Below are positions 62,611 through 64,000 of a stretch of 64,000 nucleotides of DNA, one piece after another. Location of the stretch: assembly GCA_012026655.1 (NCBI GenBank), contig JAAILG010000133.1, positions 1 through 64,000 of the forward strand, written 5' to 3'. How positions within the stretch are numbered: the first letter of the stretch is position 1; each line of letters opens with the position of its first letter. This DNA comes from Hydrolagus affinis (Eukaryota). Position numbers and translations under genes: made by a program. The notes under the pieces were generated by a model, which saw nothing but the letters and a program-made list of their open reading frames with translations, had not been told where the DNA came from and ran no database searches.

Positions 62611-63048
62611 CTGTGGTATCATCACCCTCTGTGTAAGCTTCTCTGGCGTCAGCATTCCATCCTCCCAGCCCTCACTCAGCCTTTATTTGCGATAGGTATT
62701 GAAGTAATTGGCATCACGCAGCCATAAAATACAGATTGAATCTCCCAGTGAACTGTTTTGAGGATTATGTGTATCGATCACTTGTCTCTGGAGATGCACC
62801 AATTCCAATAATACGATGGAACATCTTTAATGAGAGTTCAATGGTTCTATTTAAAAGCAGATTACTGGAGACAGACAGAGCAATGCAGACAGGCACTAAT
62901 GTAGCAGAATCCCCAAAGAGCCCACAGTTAAACCTGCAGATAAATTGCAGGGCCCTATGTTCCACATGCAGGTGATAACCTGGAATCAGTGTCTTTGATT
63001 TGTTCACAATGGATACTCACCTCTCAGATGCACTGTTGAATTCTTGCT

Positions 63049-63200
63049 GTTCACCCACAAATATACAGTCAATTGTCCTACTCTTCTTCATCCTGCCCCG
63101 ACCTCTTCCCCCTGCTCTTGTTCCTACCTGACTGTACAGCGCCTTGGGACGTCCTCTCGACGTGAAAGGCGCTATATAAATGTAAGTTTTGTTTGATTGA
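63049..63200 (+). mobile_element. SINE-body/L2-3'UTR chimera
   Basis: TTCACCCACAAATATACAGTCAATT (SINE body) is joined to a C-rich L2 UTR and the tail AGCGCCTTGGGACGTCCTCTCGACGTGAAAGGCGCTATATAAATGTAAG. Confidence 0.8.
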
Positions 63201-64000
63201 TTGCTGTTATTTTGGGATTGTGTGGTTAAGTTGAGGTGCCACCTGCCATGTGATTGAGAGGGGCGTAAAGGGACCTCCCGTTATACTGTAAGTGTTATTA
63301 TTTCTGAGTGAAGAAGATGTGTGTATGTAGGCAGTTGTCCTATAATGGGGCTGTGTTGGCTTCCACTGTACATACAATAACTGAGTGGACAAGGAGCTCG
63401 ATCTCTCAAATAAAGTACGCTCCTTTAAATCAAGTAAATAAAGTGAAAATAGGAATTCCTCAGAGCAATATAAATTGTAGTTCACACAGCCAGCAACCAG
63501 TTTCAGATTAGAACCAGCCGGGGATTTGGGCAGCGATATCTGTCAAATAGAATTAATTGTAATTGTACTAATTTTCCTGTAATGGATTAATTATAATAGC
63601 ACTGGGGAGTCACAGGAAGCCCTCCATCCTGTGAGACATCGCTGACCAATCTCTCTGCCCCCACAGTCACTCGTGTTACTGTTACCACATGTTTATTAGG
63701 GAGGAAAAACATCCCTTCATTCTATAATAACACAAGAAGAAAACACCGACACTCGGTGTAAAAAGGAATCCCTAAAATCCTGTACGTTGATGTGGACAAG
63801 AAGTTGTCTAGTCCGGTCTGCTCTCCCCACCCAAGCATATTTGTAGATCACCCTCAGGCTGTGTGAGGATCATCATTCCAGCTGGTATAGGGGGACAGAG
63901 AGAGATAGGCAGAAAATATCATTTAGTGTTGAGAAGACGGGATTGGTGTAAAAATAGCAAAAAAAACATAATGAAAGTTATATCTGTTAAATCAAGCGCA

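Overview
This is non-coding, repeat-rich vertebrate DNA (intergenic or a very large intron). The repeat set points to a cartilaginous fish, probably a holocephalan such as the elephant shark; this is an inference from repeat families only. I found no intact protein-coding gene or convincing exon. The supplied ORFs are chance ORFs, microsatellite read-throughs or remnants of LINE reverse transcriptase. The window contains: (1) tRNA(Ala)-like SINEs, near full-length at 9121-9429, 42528-42807 and 45121-45458; (2) older Deu-domain SINEs; (3) many truncated L2 and CR1 LINE 3' fragments, plus dozens of 25-70 bp tail-only insertions sharing a two-tier stem-loop; (4) a hAT MITE, an 80-bp foldback MITE and an old ~230-bp palindromic MITE family; (5) repeat-poor tracts that may be conserved non-coding elements. 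The most notable signal is a cluster of three short Penelope-like elements at 40.2-42.3 kb. Two are inverted repeats, one has a perfect 14-bp target-site duplication, and all carry decayed minimal hammerhead-ribozyme cores (CUGANGA...GAAACGUU). All family assignments were made by eye and no searches were run.
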